From positions 1-64,000 of IMG/VR virus record IMGVR_UViG_3300046782_000218: DNA of 64,000 nt, one strand, 5' to 3'. A model generated the notes under the pieces. The model was given only the letters and a program-made list of their open reading frames with translations, did not search any database and was not told where the DNA came from. Numbering within the stretch: the first letter of the stretch is position 1; every line of letters starts with the position of its first letter. Below are positions 18,470-29,371 of the stretch, piece after piece. This DNA comes from a virus. A program made the position numbers and the translations under genes.

Positions 18470-20248
18470 TCATGGGTTCACTCTCCGGGTGTGGGTGCTG
18501 AACTTGCTGATGTGACGGGTGAGCGGGCTTTGACGCCACCGCAGATTATTGGCCCTGCTGTCCGCTATGTATACCCTGCCGTTGTCTTCAACGGTCCTTA
18601 CCAACCTACCTATGCCCTGGGCCAGGGTCTGCAGCATCGAGTCTGCATAGACCTGCCGACCGTGGATCTTCTCGATAGCCTTAACCTCGAGGGTTGGCAC
18701 CCCCCACGGAAGCCGGTAGATGATCACCTGCCGGAGTGCATGGCCGGGAACGTCTACGCCGGTCCACATCGAGGTCACTCCGCCCATCACCGCGTGGCCG
18801 TGCTTCTTGAACTGCTCCAGGCACTTGGCGGTGTCTTGCGGGTCGGACGACTGAGCGAATACCGGGACGTTATGCTTGAGACCCTTGGCCACGTGCGGCA
18901 TCACCTCGTTCAGGTCCTTCCACGAGGTGAACAGAATCAGGGTGCCGCCCCCGCCGTTCTCGTGCGACCGGCCGCACATGTCGTTGACAGCCGCGACAGT
19001 TTCTTGCACTCGGTCCCAAGCCACCTTGGGGTCATTGCCTCGGTGACGGCTGATGGCCAGCGTGGACCGCGAGAAGTCGAACGGAGTACCGACGTCCTCC
19101 AGTTCGGCGGTAGGGGTGCCCATCCGGCGCGGCAGGGTCTGCGGAACGGTCCCCGACACCAGCAGCGACGGCTGCTTGTTCAGGATGTCGCGGAAGATGA
19201 ACGAGGAGTCGACGCACGTGGTGTTCAGTGCAGGTGCCAGATCTTTGGACCCTTCGACACTTTCCATGGTGATGGTGCTGATGAACCGGCCTTCGGCCTC
19301 GTCGGCGTCCGCGAAGTCGAGGAATCGCTGCTGAGCCCGCATTTGTTTCTTGAGAACTCGGGCCAGCGCATGGTCCTTCTCCTCGACCGCCCAATCGAGC
19401 TGACGTTCGAGGGCATTCACGGCCTCGGCCGCCACCTTGACGATGTCGGCCAGCCGGGGGTCCTCGGTGTCAATGGCCATCTCGCGGTGAAACTCGTTCA
19501 GATCCTTGGTGACGACATCGACCCACGCCGACAGTCCCTCCACCTCACGGAACACGGCGCTGTTGCGCTTGATCTGGTCCGACATGCACGACCGGCCCAC
19601 ATCGTCCAGCGCGTGCGCCTCGTCCACGAACAGGGCACCGAACTCGGGCAGGAGGCCAACGGCCCCGTTGGTGAACCCGAGAACGCGCCAATCCCAGACC
19701 AGCATGTGTCCGTTGGTGATGATGACCTCGGCCTCAGCGGCTCGCTTGCGCGCGATCTGAACGGCGCACTTGTCGCCCATCTTGTCGTCGCAGTCGCCGG
19801 AGCAACCCCACGAGTTGTCAAGGCCGTGTTGGGCCCATTCCAGCTTGCCGCCCTCGACCAACTTGTCGAAGGTGGCGATGGGGTCGCGCTCCTGCGACAT
19901 TTGGAAAGACGCGGTGCACAGGTAGCGGTTCCGGCCCTTGAGATACTCGAACCGGCCCCCGGTCGTCTTGGAGATCTTGGGGGCGTCCTGTTCGACGTAC
20001 TGGTTGATGAGATTGTTGGTAGGACACACGATCACCGAGGGCTTGCGATCTGCGGAGGTCCTGGCAGCTTCCAGAGCGGTGCACAACAAGGCGTATGACT
20101 TGCCTGTCCCGGTACCGGCCTGCACGTAGGTTGCTTCACCGTCTGCCAACACTTCTCGGGCAAACTGTACAAGCTTGGTCTGTTGGGGCCGAGGAGACAA
20201 GCCCATCGATTTCAAAGCGTCTTCGAAGATGTTCTCTCCGAACTTCAC
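18470..20248 (-). CDS. DinG/Rad3-like SF2 helicase
   Basis: QAGTGTGKS, LKGRNRYLC, VDEAH, SGT, ILFTS, GVDVPG, QGIGRLVR; GTG start after GGAG; promoter 20322-20351. Confidence 0.9.
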   Translation of the reverse strand: MKFGENIFEDALKSMGLSPRPQQTKLVQFAREVLADGEATYVQAGTGTGKSYALLCTALEAARTSADRKPSVIVCPTNNLINQYVEQDAPKISKTTGGRFEYLKGRNRYLCTASFQMSQERDPIATFDKLVEGGKLEWAQHGLDNSWGCSGDCDDKMGDKCAVQIARKRAAEAEVIITNGHMLVWDWRVLGFTNGAVGLLPEFGALFVDEAHALDDVGRSCMSDQIKRNSAVFREVEGLSAWVDVVTKDLNEFHREMAIDTEDPRLADIVKVAAEAVNALERQLDWAVEEKDHALARVLKKQMRAQQRFLDFADADEAEGRFISTITMESVEGSKDLAPALNTTCVDSSFIFRDILNKQPSLLVSGTVPQTLPRRMGTPTAELEDVGTPFDFSRSTLAISRHRGNDPKVAWDRVQETVAAVNDMCGRSHENGGGGTLILFTSWKDLNEVMPHVAKGLKHNVPVFAQSSDPQDTAKCLEQFKKHGHAVMGGVTSMWTGVDVPGHALRQVIIYRLPWGVPTLEVKAIEKIHGRQVYADSMLQTLAQGIGRLVRTVEDNGRVYIADSRANNLRWRQSPLTRHISKFSTHTRRVNP

Positions 20249-20664
20249 TGCAACTCCGATCGTTCGTTTCGTTTGTGGCGCGGCCCAAAACCGGGGCCGA
20301 ACGGCTGACGTATCTTCTACCATTCTACACTGTCTGACCCCGTCCGGTCAAGCCGGACGGAGCGTTGTTTAATAGTCGGGATAGCTGTCCCACTGGGGGT
20401 GGTTGGCGTGCCACGGCGGGAGGGCCGAGAGGGGGTCTTCCTGGGCCTGGGAGCCCTGGGGTGGCCCTGGGGCCCCCGGAGCGGCTCCCATGTTCTCCGT
20501 GGTGCCCTCCTGCGTCACGGCGGGGCCCTCCTGCTCCAGTGCCGCCAGGAGGGCCCGCGTGCTGGCCAGTGCGGTATCTACCGCGTCTGCCAGGTTTCTT
20601 ATCGCTTGTGTTACTTCCGGGTTGATCTTGATGACCACGTCAACAGTGCGGAGACGATCGGCCA

Positions 20665-21015
20665 TCAGGCGTCGGCCTCGACGTCCGTGTCGATGTCCAC
20701 CAGGACGTTATCCTTACCCATGTACCGGGCGTGAATGCAGAAGCCTTCACCGTTCTCGGCCTTGCGGCTCGTCATCTCGAAGCCAGCCCAGTAGGACTGC
20801 TCACGCAGACGACGCCGGACGACGCCAGCGGACTTGATGCTGGTGTGACCTTCGCTGATCACGGCCCACTGGCCAGGGTGGTCGGTACGAAGCTTCTCGG
20901 CCAGCTCGCGGCGGTGACGCGCCAGCTCGGTCGAGTTCACCTCCGCACTGTTGAGCGGTCGGGGGTTACTGAACTGGATCTCGTCGCTTCCCATTTTGCT
21001 GTATCCTTCTGGCAA
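20665..21015 (-). CDS. Small putative DNA-binding protein
   Basis: LAEKLR..PGQWA...G FEM..R...IHARY pattern common in actinophage proteins; promoter 21054-21083. Confidence 0.5.
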   Translation of the reverse strand: MPEGYSKMGSDEIQFSNPRPLNSAEVNSTELARHRRELAEKLRTDHPGQWAVISEGHTSIKSAGVVRRRLREQSYWAGFEMTSRKAENGEGFCIHARYMGKDNVLVDIDTDVEADA

Positions 21016-21339
21016 GAGTGTGTGCCGAGGATGGCACAGTGCACGGTGTTCCCATTGTACTATGTGGGGGCCGATCGAGTCAATGTATCTTGACCGACTG
21101 CCCTAAAGTTCATCAACTGGCTCCCCGCGCAGAGCCCGCAACACCTGGTCCTTGTAGTACACTTTGAGGATTCGCCTTGCGGCGGCTTGCTGCTCCTGCA
21201 TTTCACGATACTGAGCGGCGTGAGCTTCCCTTAGTTCCAACTCGGCTTTCAAGGCATCCGCTCTGATTTGAGCTGCCAATTCGGCTCGTCGCATCTTCTC
21301 GTCACTACTCATGGCACCATTCTACCATACAGATACCTC

Positions 21340-21772
21340 CAGGAGGAACACCACTGCCGGAGAGACGCCGGGCCCCCCGGGGCCAGATAGACTGGCTAGC
21401 CAGTATGGGTGGGCGTAAAAAAAGAATTCACAGAGGGTGTTCCGGTGTTCCTATATATCTCTCACCCCCTCTGACCGGCCAGAAGACAGGAACACCTATA
21501 GTGTTCCGAGTAGTGTTCCTATATAAAAAAAGGGGTGTTCCCGGGGGGTTCCACGGGGGTAGTTGTGTGTATACAGTGTTGGTACGTTTTCTGTTTATTC
21601 TGTTTATGAGGAACACCAGGAACGCCCTGCGGAGCACCCCCGGGGTGTCCCCTCGCGGGGTATATTGTTGTACTGTTCCTGAGACCCCGCCAGCGGCCGG
21701 TGTTCCCGGCTCTTGACACGCCGCTGCCCCCTCTGGATGTACTCGGAGGGGGCAGTGTTCCCGGCTCTTAAC
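21340..21772. repeat. Probable replication origin: non-coding, AT-enriched, repeated GTGTTCC/GGAACAC
   Basis: At least 9 copies in both orientations, ATATAAAAAAA tract, 15-bp direct repeat GTGTTCCCGGCTCTT near 21700 and 21756; directly downstream of the primase. Confidence 0.6.
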
Positions 21773-21773
21773 G

Positions 21774-24551
21774 TTAGTTGAGGCTGCTCCGGTCGATGAT
21801 CACGGCCTGAGCACGAGTAAGCTTGCTGGGGTCGCGAACTTCCTCGGCCCCCACCTCGATGTTGACTCGGGTGAGGATCGATTGGGCAATGTGGTTCGGC
21901 AGACGCCTGTAGCGAGCTTTCGACCTCTTGACACCGGAGTCCGAGTTGGCTCGGTCGATCTCCATCATCGTCCAGTCAACGCCGCGTTCACCTGCCTTAC
22001 CTCCGACCATGCCGAGGCGGGCAGCCTGGTCTTCAAGAGCAGCCGCCGTTTCCGTGCGATCCGACACCTTGCCTCGGCGGTGCTGGTTCCACCACACCGC
22101 CAAATTCTCGGTGTGCACCCAGATGTGGTCGGCCTGATCCGCACTACCTGGAGCCGGTCCAATCAGTACCGGCGTCGGTACCCCGTAATGAGGAGCCCTG
22201 TCGGCACGGATCGGCCTGGCCATCGGCCCGATTACCGTCAACACCTCGGGAATCAGCTTCATGGTGAGAGCGTTCTCATCGCCCGTGTCCTTGACACCCG
22301 TTGACCATTCGTCCACTCGCTTGATGTGGGTATCGTCTCCGGTGATGTCGGCCAAGATCCTGGCTCCCACCCGCATCACGGCCATCTTGTCGGCATGACG
22401 CCCAGAGCTGGCCGAGTTGGATCGCGTGCGCAGTTCAGAGAACTCGGGCAGCCTGGCCTCAGCGTACTTGAGGATTAGCTGCACCAACGCCCCTGAGAAG
22501 ACGGTCAGACCCTCGCTGGTGTTATACCGGTCCATCATGTCGAGGACGTCGTCCCACTGGGGCTTGCTCGGGTCCTTCTTGGATTTACGTCCCTTGGGGT
22601 TGGGCAGCCCCATGGTTACGATTCGGTCGGACAAGGCTTTGTCTTCCAGCAGGCTAGAACCTTCCATAGAGATCCAAACCGGTGCCAGCAGCCGTGACTT
22701 TACTGTGGACAGTTTGTCCTCGCCGACCTTATCCGCCGCACCTTCGACCGTGGCCTGACGCAACAGCTCCTTGATGTTGTCCACGTTGTCTGCGTCGTCA
22801 ATGTGGACAGGAGCACCTCGATGGGCTGTCATCGCGTTGCGGATGCTAGCCATGGTGCCGATGCCGCCCTCTTTGGTGCGGTTGCCGAACAGCTGGTGGA
22901 TGAGTTGCGCGAACCCCTTGGACTTGCCCGACTCGCTGGCTGCCTGCACTAGGAAAATCGGGAACAGCGACGACTTGCGCACGAGCTGGCCCTTAATGAC
23001 ACCAGCCACCATCCACGAAGTGAACACCGAGGTGAACGTCTCATCGTGGAACGTCAACACTTCGCGAAGCACCGACCTGGTCTCGTGCTCCGGCCGAGCG
23101 TGGCCGTAGAAATGGTCAACCAGGTTATTGTTGGCCAAACTGCGTGATGGCCGTACCTTCGGGTTGATTGTGATGTTGTCCTTGGTGATGACCCCTTCGT
23201 AAGTAACGAACCCGGCGGCTTGGTCGTCCCAGCCGAGGTGATCGATGACCCGGCAATCGACCGGGTTCTGTGATCTCATGAATCGCTGCAGCCGTACGCC
23301 CGGTGATCCGTGAGCGTCCCGGTCGTCAGTGAAGAACAGCGAACACTGATAGCCAGCCGCCCACGCCCGGAGAGCCGACGTGCTGATCAGAGTCTTTGAC
23401 GGAAGGTCGATGTCACCGAAGATCACGCCATCATCTCGGAGCAGATCAACCACCCAGATGGTCTCTCCGTTCGAGGTGTTGACGCTGGTGGCTGTGACCT
23501 CGAAGTCGCTGAAAGTTACGATCTCGACTTCCTTGCCCTTCTTGGACACGAAGTCACGCCGGGTAGCATACCCGATCTTTCCGTCAGTGCGAGGGAACAG
23601 ACCTCCCGGAGCCATCGACATGGGATTGCCGTAGTTCTCGGCCGGAGACTCGTCGGCCTGCGGTTCCGCTGCGCTGATATCAGGTGGCCTGAACCCTTTG
23701 TTAGCGCGTTCCTCGGAATCCAGCCGCCAAATGCGGTTGAGTTTCTCCAGCACGACATTACGACCGATGGGCTGGTCCGACATGGCGTCGATGGCCACAG
23801 CCAATTCAGCTGCGTCGTCTCGGGTAAGACCGTCCTTCCCGTGGGCGACGGCCGACAGTTTACCAATCAGTTGGGTTACCCAGTTGTCTCCGCGACCTGC
23901 ATCATCGGACGGCAGCCTGGCCAGGTCGGCGATGGTGACTCGCGGTTTACCATTTTGAGACCAGGGCAGATTTTCCTTCCGCAAGCACTCAGGGGCATCA
24001 AGCAACTCGCCGTCAACCCACTTGTAGTCAAGGCCGCTACGGTGACGCGAAGGAGGTAGAACTACACCCCCACCATCGCCCCGAAAGTCGTAACCCATCG
24101 AGTTGTCGGAGTGTCCAGGCCACGGACGGTTGTCGTTGTCGGCGATCCGAAAATGAAGATGGAACTTGGTGCCGCCGTCTCGACCGGTACTGACCTTGAG
24201 CGCACGGTCGAAAATGTCGTCGCCGATCAGCTCACGCCACTTGTCAACAGCATCGTTGCCGTCGAGGTCGAGGACAACGCGCTTGGACACCTGGCCCGTG
24301 GCTACCCACAAACCTTGAGCCGGGAACGTAGAAGTGTCGAAGACGCGAGCAAGATCCGGCCACGTGGGGCGGCCAATCTTGATCCAATCTTCGCCCCACT
24401 GAATCCCCGACTGTCCGGGGTGTTTGTTGCCCAAGTTGAGGGGAAACACCTGCAGCCCCTGTTCGGCGTACAGTCTCCACTGTTCCGTGAACTTGGTGAC
24501 TTGAACCGAAGCCGCTTGCGCCCCTGACCCGTCTACTGTATTCTGGGACAC
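21774..24551 (-). CDS. Bifunctional primase-polymerase (Prim-Pol, AEP) fused to a helicase-like P-loop domain
   Basis: GLQVFPL..KHP, VVLDLD, FHLHFR, DFRGDGGGVVLPPSRH.SG..Y.W; ASESGKS and VHIDD Walker-like motifs. Confidence 0.88.
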   Translation of the reverse strand: MSQNTVDGSGAQAASVQVTKFTEQWRLYAEQGLQVFPLNLGNKHPGQSGIQWGEDWIKIGRPTWPDLARVFDTSTFPAQGLWVATGQVSKRVVLDLDGNDAVDKWRELIGDDIFDRALKVSTGRDGGTKFHLHFRIADNDNRPWPGHSDNSMGYDFRGDGGGVVLPPSRHRSGLDYKWVDGELLDAPECLRKENLPWSQNGKPRVTIADLARLPSDDAGRGDNWVTQLIGKLSAVAHGKDGLTRDDAAELAVAIDAMSDQPIGRNVVLEKLNRIWRLDSEERANKGFRPPDISAAEPQADESPAENYGNPMSMAPGGLFPRTDGKIGYATRRDFVSKKGKEVEIVTFSDFEVTATSVNTSNGETIWVVDLLRDDGVIFGDIDLPSKTLISTSALRAWAAGYQCSLFFTDDRDAHGSPGVRLQRFMRSQNPVDCRVIDHLGWDDQAAGFVTYEGVITKDNITINPKVRPSRSLANNNLVDHFYGHARPEHETRSVLREVLTFHDETFTSVFTSWMVAGVIKGQLVRKSSLFPIFLVQAASESGKSKGFAQLIHQLFGNRTKEGGIGTMASIRNAMTAHRGAPVHIDDADNVDNIKELLRQATVEGAADKVGEDKLSTVKSRLLAPVWISMEGSSLLEDKALSDRIVTMGLPNPKGRKSKKDPSKPQWDDVLDMMDRYNTSEGLTVFSGALVQLILKYAEARLPEFSELRTRSNSASSGRHADKMAVMRVGARILADITGDDTHIKRVDEWSTGVKDTGDENALTMKLIPEVLTVIGPMARPIRADRAPHYGVPTPVLIGPAPGSADQADHIWVHTENLAVWWNQHRRGKVSDRTETAAALEDQAARLGMVGGKAGERGVDWTMMEIDRANSDSGVKRSKARYRRLPNHIAQSILTRVNIEVGAEEVRDPSKLTRAQAVIIDRSSLN

Positions 24552-26230
24552 GCGTATCCCTCCCCGGGTGGCTAGCAGTATGGCCGCTGCTTCACCCGAT
24601 AGCGGTGCTATTGACGCCCCCGGTGATTACTGTGAGGTACCCCGGGGGCGTCGCTGTGTTATCAAGCTTTCTCGCTAGTGGTTACCCGGAGACCCTATCG
24701 TACCACGAGATGCGGCTCTCGCACAACGATACTACAATCTTAGCGGACTGCTTGCGGATACCGCGACGCTCCGTGGCCCCTGGGAGCGCCTCTCTCCCCC
24801 ACCCCGGTACTCGGTGCCCAGCACAGGGGGAGAGGTCGCGGGAGACCCCCTCCCGCGTCGCGGCGGTACCAGCGCGCCCCCTGGCCCTGGTGCGGGCGGA
24901 GGGGGCGCGCTGGAGAGGGCTGGAGTCACTCAGGGTCGGCAGAACCGCCCTCCCGGATTTCCGGGAAATTGCGATTGAATTCGTTGATCAGGTGTTCGAC
25001 CTCATCCGGGCTTACCGGCTTGATGACCCTTAGCAGTCGTTGATCGGGAGTCGGCTTGGGCATCAGGTTGAACCTCTCTTCTGAGGTCAGCGCGTGCCGC
25101 GTCTGGGTGAGAGTGTCCGGCCGATCTACCCTGACGGCATCTTCCTGACGACTGTAACCCCAACCGGCCCTTCGAAAATGTCTCATCGCGAGATCTATCA
25201 CCTTGGACTCCAAGGACGATATCAGCACGCCGTTGAGGGTGTACCTGACGCCGATACACACGACAACCGACCGGCCGAACACCGCCTCTACCTCCTGGAA
25301 CACCTTGGACAACACTGGGGCAGACTCGATGATGGAACGAGAGTACGTCATGCCCTTAGTAAAACACTCCTGTTGCGCAGCCGTCAATTACCCTGTTCGC
25401 TCGGGCCAATGCCAGGTCCGGCTCTGCTTGGTGACCTCGTCGTGACACACCGCGCGTAGGCTTACGCACTTGGTCGGCAGCATCACGTGCAACGCCACCC
25501 ACTCGGACCCCTCGACGCTTGGAATGATCTCTTCGTCGGGAAGGAAATTACCCTCTTCCCAAATTCGAGTGATCACTGCGGCTCGGCAGTGCGTTTCTCT
25601 GACCTGAATGTCGGTGTCCACAAAGTGGACCATGCGGCCTACGCTCGGTGTCATCGGTTCCACATTCCCGAAGCGATCTCGATGGCCAGGTCGTACAGCA
25701 TTTTGCGCTCCACCTCGGCGTCGTACCGATCCTTCTTTTCCTTGTCATTCATGTCCGGACTCATCTCCTGGCACCTGAACCAGAAGTCAAGCGTCGTCTC
25801 CCAGCAGTCCAGTTCCATGGGGTGGTAGTCTCCGTGCAGGAGGCAATACCCCGTCGCGGTGTCGGTCTTCATAGTTCATTCCTCGTCGTGCTCAGTGACG
25901 GCTCTGCGCAGTATGTCCTGACAGTGGGTGGTGGCCGTGCGGATCTCCAGGATATCAGCCCGCTCGTTCCAGTACTTAACCCGCTCCGCCAATTCTTCAA
26001 ACAAGCCCCGACGTTTCTTTGCCCACTGCGTCAGGCGCCGGTTTTGACTTTCCAGGTCGGATACCCGACTTTCCAGCTGCGCTAGTTGTTCCAGCCCCAG
26101 CCTAAGCCGAGTGGCCTCGTAGCTACTGAGCTTGTCCCGTTCTGCTCGGTCGGCCAGCGCCCTCATTTGCTCCATGGTTACCGGCACGTTTTCCCGTGCG
26201 CTTGGCTCTTCCCAACCATCCGCCCACGGC

Positions 26231-26530
26231 CTAGCCTTCTTGGGCACCGAGCGCCTCCTTGCGACGCTTGCTGATGATCTCGCCCATCTTGTGCATGTCC
26301 ACCGGGACGGCCCCCGACCGTATTGCCAAAACGCGTTTGGTCGGTACGATGTCGTAGTGCCAGGTGACGCCGTCCTTGTTCTGGAACCATGACCGCTTAA
26401 GCCCGATCAACTCGGCCATTTCGTGCAGCTCGTCCATAGTGTCAGCGGTCATGTGACACCATTTGGCGTGACCCAACAGCTGTTTGACCGTGTCCCCGTA
26501 GTCCACGATTTCGTCAACGTATACCACCAT
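26231..26530 (-). CDS. DUF4031 family protein
   Basis: MVVYVD..WCHMTADT.DELH.MA..IGLKRSWFQ..HYD....KR..AI..GA. Confidence 0.8.
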   Translation of the reverse strand: MVVYVDEIVDYGDTVKQLLGHAKWCHMTADTMDELHEMAELIGLKRSWFQNKDGVTWHYDIVPTKRVLAIRSGAVPVDMHKMGEIISKRRKEALGAQEG

Positions 26531-26612
26531 GTTGATGCCTCCAAACACGGCCGTGGCCGCCGTCTCCGGGGGGAAGAGAGCGGCGGCCACGGCGTCAAGG
26601 GGTGGTGGAACC

Positions 26613-27122
26613 TCAGAAAAGCGGTTCCTCGGTCGAGCCGCCGGTCACGGTGTCGGCACCGGGAGCCTCAGCGGGGTCGATCTTGCGCGGGCTGACGCCC
26701 AGGGTCTTGAGGGTCTCGTCGTCCGTGCCGGTCGGGCCGTCCTTGGGCAGCAGGCTCTCCAGGTTGTTGGACAGCTCGCCCATCCGGGCACCCTGGCCGA
26801 TGATCTGGTGGCCGACGACGCCCCGGACCTGACGGCCGATCAGGTCGTCGGTGTTCGTGGTGGTCGGGACCTCGAAGGCCGCGAAAACGGACTTGAGCCG
26901 GAAGAACGCGGCCTCGCTGAGCGAGGTGTTCTCGTAGAACCGGCGACCGGCGTTCTTCTGGCCCTCGGGGACGTCGAACCTCCACGACCAGTACGGCCCC
27001 TTCTGGCCCTCCTTGACGGTGACCTCGACGAGCTGCAGGAGATAGACCCCCGGGTCGAGGAGGGCGAACCCGTCCTCGGCGTTGTTGACCTTCTCGGCGA
27101 TGGTTTCGTTGAGCTGAGGCAT
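26613..27122 (-). CDS. DUF669-like ssDNA-binding protein
   Basis: F.LL.PG.Y...L.EV..K.G..GPY..W.F; acidic tail ending LF; follows the AAA_24 gene; promoter 27205-27234. Confidence 0.75.
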   Translation of the reverse strand: MPQLNETIAEKVNNAEDGFALLDPGVYLLQLVEVTVKEGQKGPYWSWRFDVPEGQKNAGRRFYENTSLSEAAFFRLKSVFAAFEVPTTTNTDDLIGRQVRGVVGHQIIGQGARMGELSNNLESLLPKDGPTGTDDETLKTLGVSPRKIDPAEAPGADTVTGGSTEEPLF

Positions 27123-27251
27123 TGACTGCGCTCCCTGATGTGTGCTAAACTTGGCTTGACGGATGTTTTCTGCCCGACTGTCCCCGGGCCGGGGTTGTTC
27201 TACCATCCTACCATGCCGTGTGTTCTGTGCACAATTACTGCACGTTACCGG

Positions 27252-28106
27252 TTAGGTAGAAGAGATCGCCGCGTTGGCGTTGGTACGAGCGCGGTAGGCT
27301 TCCTGGTACGGGTCCCCGGGAACGTCGCCGTCCTCGTTGACGTACTGCACGACCCTGTCGAACGTGGGGTTGACGAACGTGGACGGGAACACCCCGTACC
27401 GGTCCTTGCCACGGAATCGACCGGTGGGCACGGTGCTGGCCACGAACCTGGACAGGTCGCCGTCCTCGGTGTCCTCCTGACGGGTGCAGAACACCGCGTC
27501 GACGTAACCGATCAGGTCGGTGGAGAACGCCGGAGTAAGCGCCGGTCGGTAGAACACGCCGCCCGCGTCGTTGTCGACTTCCCGCTTGTCCAGGCAGACG
27601 AACGCCACATGGCACGGAAGGTCACGGAGACGACGGGCGACCCGTCGACACATCTCCGTCATCTTGCCCTGCTCCTTGATGTCCACCTCGAACGGGTCCA
27701 CGATCATGGTAGCCGCTCGCTTGGCGTTGCGCGTGTCCACGATGTCTTCGATGAACCGCTTCTGCAGCTCGGTGAACGAGTCGATGATGATGCCGACCAG
27801 CCGGTCCGCCGGATCGAGGTCGCCAGCCGCCAACTGCTCGGCTTCCTTGATCAGCTTGGCTTCCATCTGACCGGTGAGCTTGTTCATGGCGTCGAAGTTG
27901 GAAACCGGGTACGGGTGGATGTTCTCCACCGGTACGCCCATTCGCCGCAGGGGCCTCTTCTTGAGACCCGACTCGCAGTCGATGGCAACCACGTGGCCGC
28001 TCAGCTTGGCCATGTGAGCCGCATCGGTGCTCTTACCGGAACCGCCAGGCCCGAAATACAGGGCGTTGACGTATTCCTCCGTATCCGCCAGAGACGGAAG
28101 TGCCAT
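27252..28106 (-). CDS. AAA_24 / Sak4-like ATPase (single-strand annealing recombinase)
   Basis: LYFGPGGSGKST, IDCESG, IIIDSFTELQ, GYVDAV, GKDR; ATG at 28106 after AAGGAG (the ORF-track extension to 28337 overlaps RNA elements). Confidence 0.85.
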   Translation of the reverse strand: MALPSLADTEEYVNALYFGPGGSGKSTDAAHMAKLSGHVVAIDCESGLKKRPLRRMGVPVENIHPYPVSNFDAMNKLTGQMEAKLIKEAEQLAAGDLDPADRLVGIIIDSFTELQKRFIEDIVDTRNAKRAATMIVDPFEVDIKEQGKMTEMCRRVARRLRDLPCHVAFVCLDKREVDNDAGGVFYRPALTPAFSTDLIGYVDAVFCTRQEDTEDGDLSRFVASTVPTGRFRGKDRYGVFPSTFVNPTFDRVVQYVNEDGDVPGDPYQEAYRARTNANAAISST

Positions 28107-28156
28107 TGTTTGATTCTCCTTCATCCTGCAAGACACCGGTATTTCTACCGGCCGCG

Positions 28157-28219
28157 TGCGGTAAGGGAACGTCGAATCCCTACCCAAGTGTACTAGCCTG
28201 GGTGCGAACCTGCTACCGC
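28157..28219 (-). ncRNA. tRNA-like element lacking a D arm
   Basis: GCGGTA/TACCGC-A acceptor; ACCCAGG-CTAGTACA-CTTGGGT hairpin; AGGGA-TTCGACGT-TCCCT T-like arm. Confidence 0.45.
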
Positions 28220-28273
28220 CGTTCCGACCCCTGATCAGGGGGTCAGTCCAAGAGACCTCTGCAGCGGTCTCCG

Positions 28274-28338
28274 TGGTGTGGACGGGATTCGAACCCGCGC
28301 CTCCGATGCCTCGGTGCTCTGCCATTGAGCTACACACC
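28274..28338 (-). ncRNA. tRNA-like element with the anticodon arm reduced to CCGA-GGCA-TCGG
   Basis: GGTGTG/CACACC-A acceptor, TA-GCTC-AATGGCA-GAGC D arm, GCGGG-TTCGAAT-CCCGT T arm. Confidence 0.8.
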
Positions 28339-28473
28339 CGTCAAGTGCCCTCGACGTTTACCATTTCCTGCTGGTTAGGCTAGGAAACTTTGACGACCGG
28401 TAGAGATGAACACCAACTCCGTCGAGTGGGGATCGATTAGGAGACTTTTACAGTGCCACCTCTACCAGCGCCG

Positions 28474-28583
28474 TGGACAGGTGAGGACTTGAACCTCGTC
28501 GGCCCGATCGCCAGCTCCCGTGTTTGCAACACGTCGACTGAGACCGTCCTTTGCCTGATGGCCCGACCTACTGGGCCCTGCCC
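28474..28583 (-). ncRNA. 110-nt tRNA-like element with expanded core; contains a CGTG-TTGCAAA-CACG hairpin (GCA, Cys-like loop)
   Basis: GGGCAGG/CCTGTCC-A acceptor; GAGG-TTCAAGT-CCTC T arm. Confidence 0.55.
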
Positions 28584-28730
28584 TTGATTGAGTTGTTTTG
28601 ACGTGGCGGCTCCGGTGTCGTACCGACTTTGACGTCGGGCCGGAGCCGCCATCGGGCGACTTTCTTGCACCACCCGGCAAGGCCAATCCGGGTCCCGGGG
28701 CCGGTCTGCCTAAACAAACCACCCGGTGCG

Positions 28731-28797
28731 TGATGTGAACGGGATTCGAACCCGCATCCCCGATGCCTCGGTGCTCTTGCCGTTGAGCTATCACATC
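28731..28797 (-). ncRNA. tRNA-like element with the anticodon arm reduced to CCGA-GGCA-TCGG (second copy)
   Basis: Perfect 7-bp GATGTGA/TCACATC-A acceptor, GCTC-AACGGCAA-GAGC D arm, GCGGG-TTCGAAT-CCCGT T arm. Confidence 0.85.
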
Positions 28798-29052
28798 GGC
28801 CGGATGCCTCCGGCTTTTACCATGCCCGCGTGTTAGGCTGGGCAGTCTGTGTCAGTGCGGGTGGCCGTCCTCGCGGGCGGGCTGGTCCTCCCACTGCGGC
28901 GGGGCCTCGTCGTCGGTCTCCTCGTGCTCGTCGCCCTTGACGATGCTGCCGGTGATCTTGAGCTTCATCGACTACCCCAATTCCCGAGGACCCTGTGCCC
29001 TCGTTCTGCGCCCATTCTATCATGGGAGGGGTTGCTCTGTCTACCCCTGCTG

Positions 29053-29307
29053 TCAGCCGGTCTTGGTGAGCGTCTTGCCCACCTCAGGCGCGGTCTCCAG
29101 CGCCTTGCGGATCGCGGCCTCGCGCCGCTTGGTCACCGCGATGTTCCAGCGCGCCGAGTAGATATTGACGCACTTCGAGCAGTTGTCCGGGCTGTGCCGG
29201 TCACCGCAAACGCGCTTCTTCCACGCCTTGCCGTTCCGGCGGTTGGAGTTGCTACCGGTCTCGACCAGCTTCTTCGCGGGTGCGGCCTTCTGCAGCGAAT
29301 TCGCCAT
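29053..29307 (-). CDS. Small basic Cys/His protein inside the RNA array
   Basis: GAGGGG RBS; promoter TAGACA-N18-TACAAT at 29339-29368; C..H...C..C. Confidence 0.6.
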   Translation of the reverse strand: MANSLQKAAPAKKLVETGSNSNRRNGKAWKKRVCGDRHSPDNCSKCVNIYSARWNIAVTKRREAAIRKALETAPEVGKTLTKTG

Positions 29308-29371
29308 TGCTAATCCCCTCGTCGTGTCCTGTGCCCCTATTGTACCACGGGGGGTGTTGTGCTGTCTAGTG

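Noticed and set aside
21430-21770. GTGTTCCC repeats resembling the start of a type I-E CRISPR repeat
   Set aside because: Only 7-8 nt match, orientation is mixed, spacing is irregular and there is no repeat-spacer period or cas operon; iterons fit better.
24552-24925. GC-rich non-coding gap upstream of the primase as a structured RNA
   Set aside because: Only a terminator-like hairpin (~24614-24652) and short G/C runs; not enough to support a call.
28107-28794. ORF-track proteins over the RNA array (AAA_24 extension to 28337, 28437-28673, 28462-28794)
   Set aside because: Their shared EHRGIG..GSNPVH peptide is just the translation of the duplicated tRNA-like sequence; the real ATPase start has an RBS at 28106.
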